64,000 bases of DNA. Source: an uncultured Actinomycetes bacterium. GTDB taxonomy: Bacteria; Actinomycetota; Thermoleophilia; UBA2241. The DNA lies in contig CAVPVX010000007.1 of assembly GCA_963709345.1 (NCBI GenBank), forward strand, positions 320,001 to 384,000. The letters run 5' to 3'. Position numbers and translations under genes: made by a program. Positions within the stretch are counted from its first letter, which is position 1. Each line of letters begins with the position of its first letter. The notes below the pieces were generated by a model. That model made no database searches. It was not told the origin of the DNA and saw only the letters and a program-made list of their open reading frames with translations. Positions 63,952 through 64,000 of the stretch are shown here, one piece after another.

Positions 63952-64000
63952 GCCGGACTCCTCAGTCGCCGAGCCGCAGACCGGCGTCGGCTATCGCGTC

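Overview
High-GC bacterial window, probably from a deep-branching anaerobic Actinomycetota lineage such as Thermoleophilia or Coriobacteriia (inference from the hspR-containing dnaK operon with a HAIR operator, inositol-lipid genes, ricT-holB, hydE and hdr remnants). The main feature is a ~17-kb methylamine-type methyltransferase cluster (14.9-31.9 kb). It holds five MtbB (dimethylamine methyltransferase-family) paralogs, each with an in-frame TAG at codon 345, the conserved pyrrolysine site. It also holds one MttB with an in-frame TAG at the Pyl site, two non-Pyl MttB homologs, one corrinoid protein, a TetR regulator with a shared operator, and an ABC transporter. The ORF track splits all six amber genes. 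TAG is also the normal stop of at least 12 genes here, including dnaK and two genes in the same operon as Pyl genes. Five of the six recoded ambers share the context GG(G/T)-TTG-TAG-purine, which suggests a cis signal for amber decoding. No pylTSBCD genes are in the window. Two unannotated, strongly structured intergenic RNA candidates are present (~32.1-32.55 kb minus; ~48.45-48.64 kb plus). The rest comprises seven tRNAs, a heat-shock operon, housekeeping genes and several pseudogene remnants. All calls come from reading the sequence by eye; no searches or folding programs were run.
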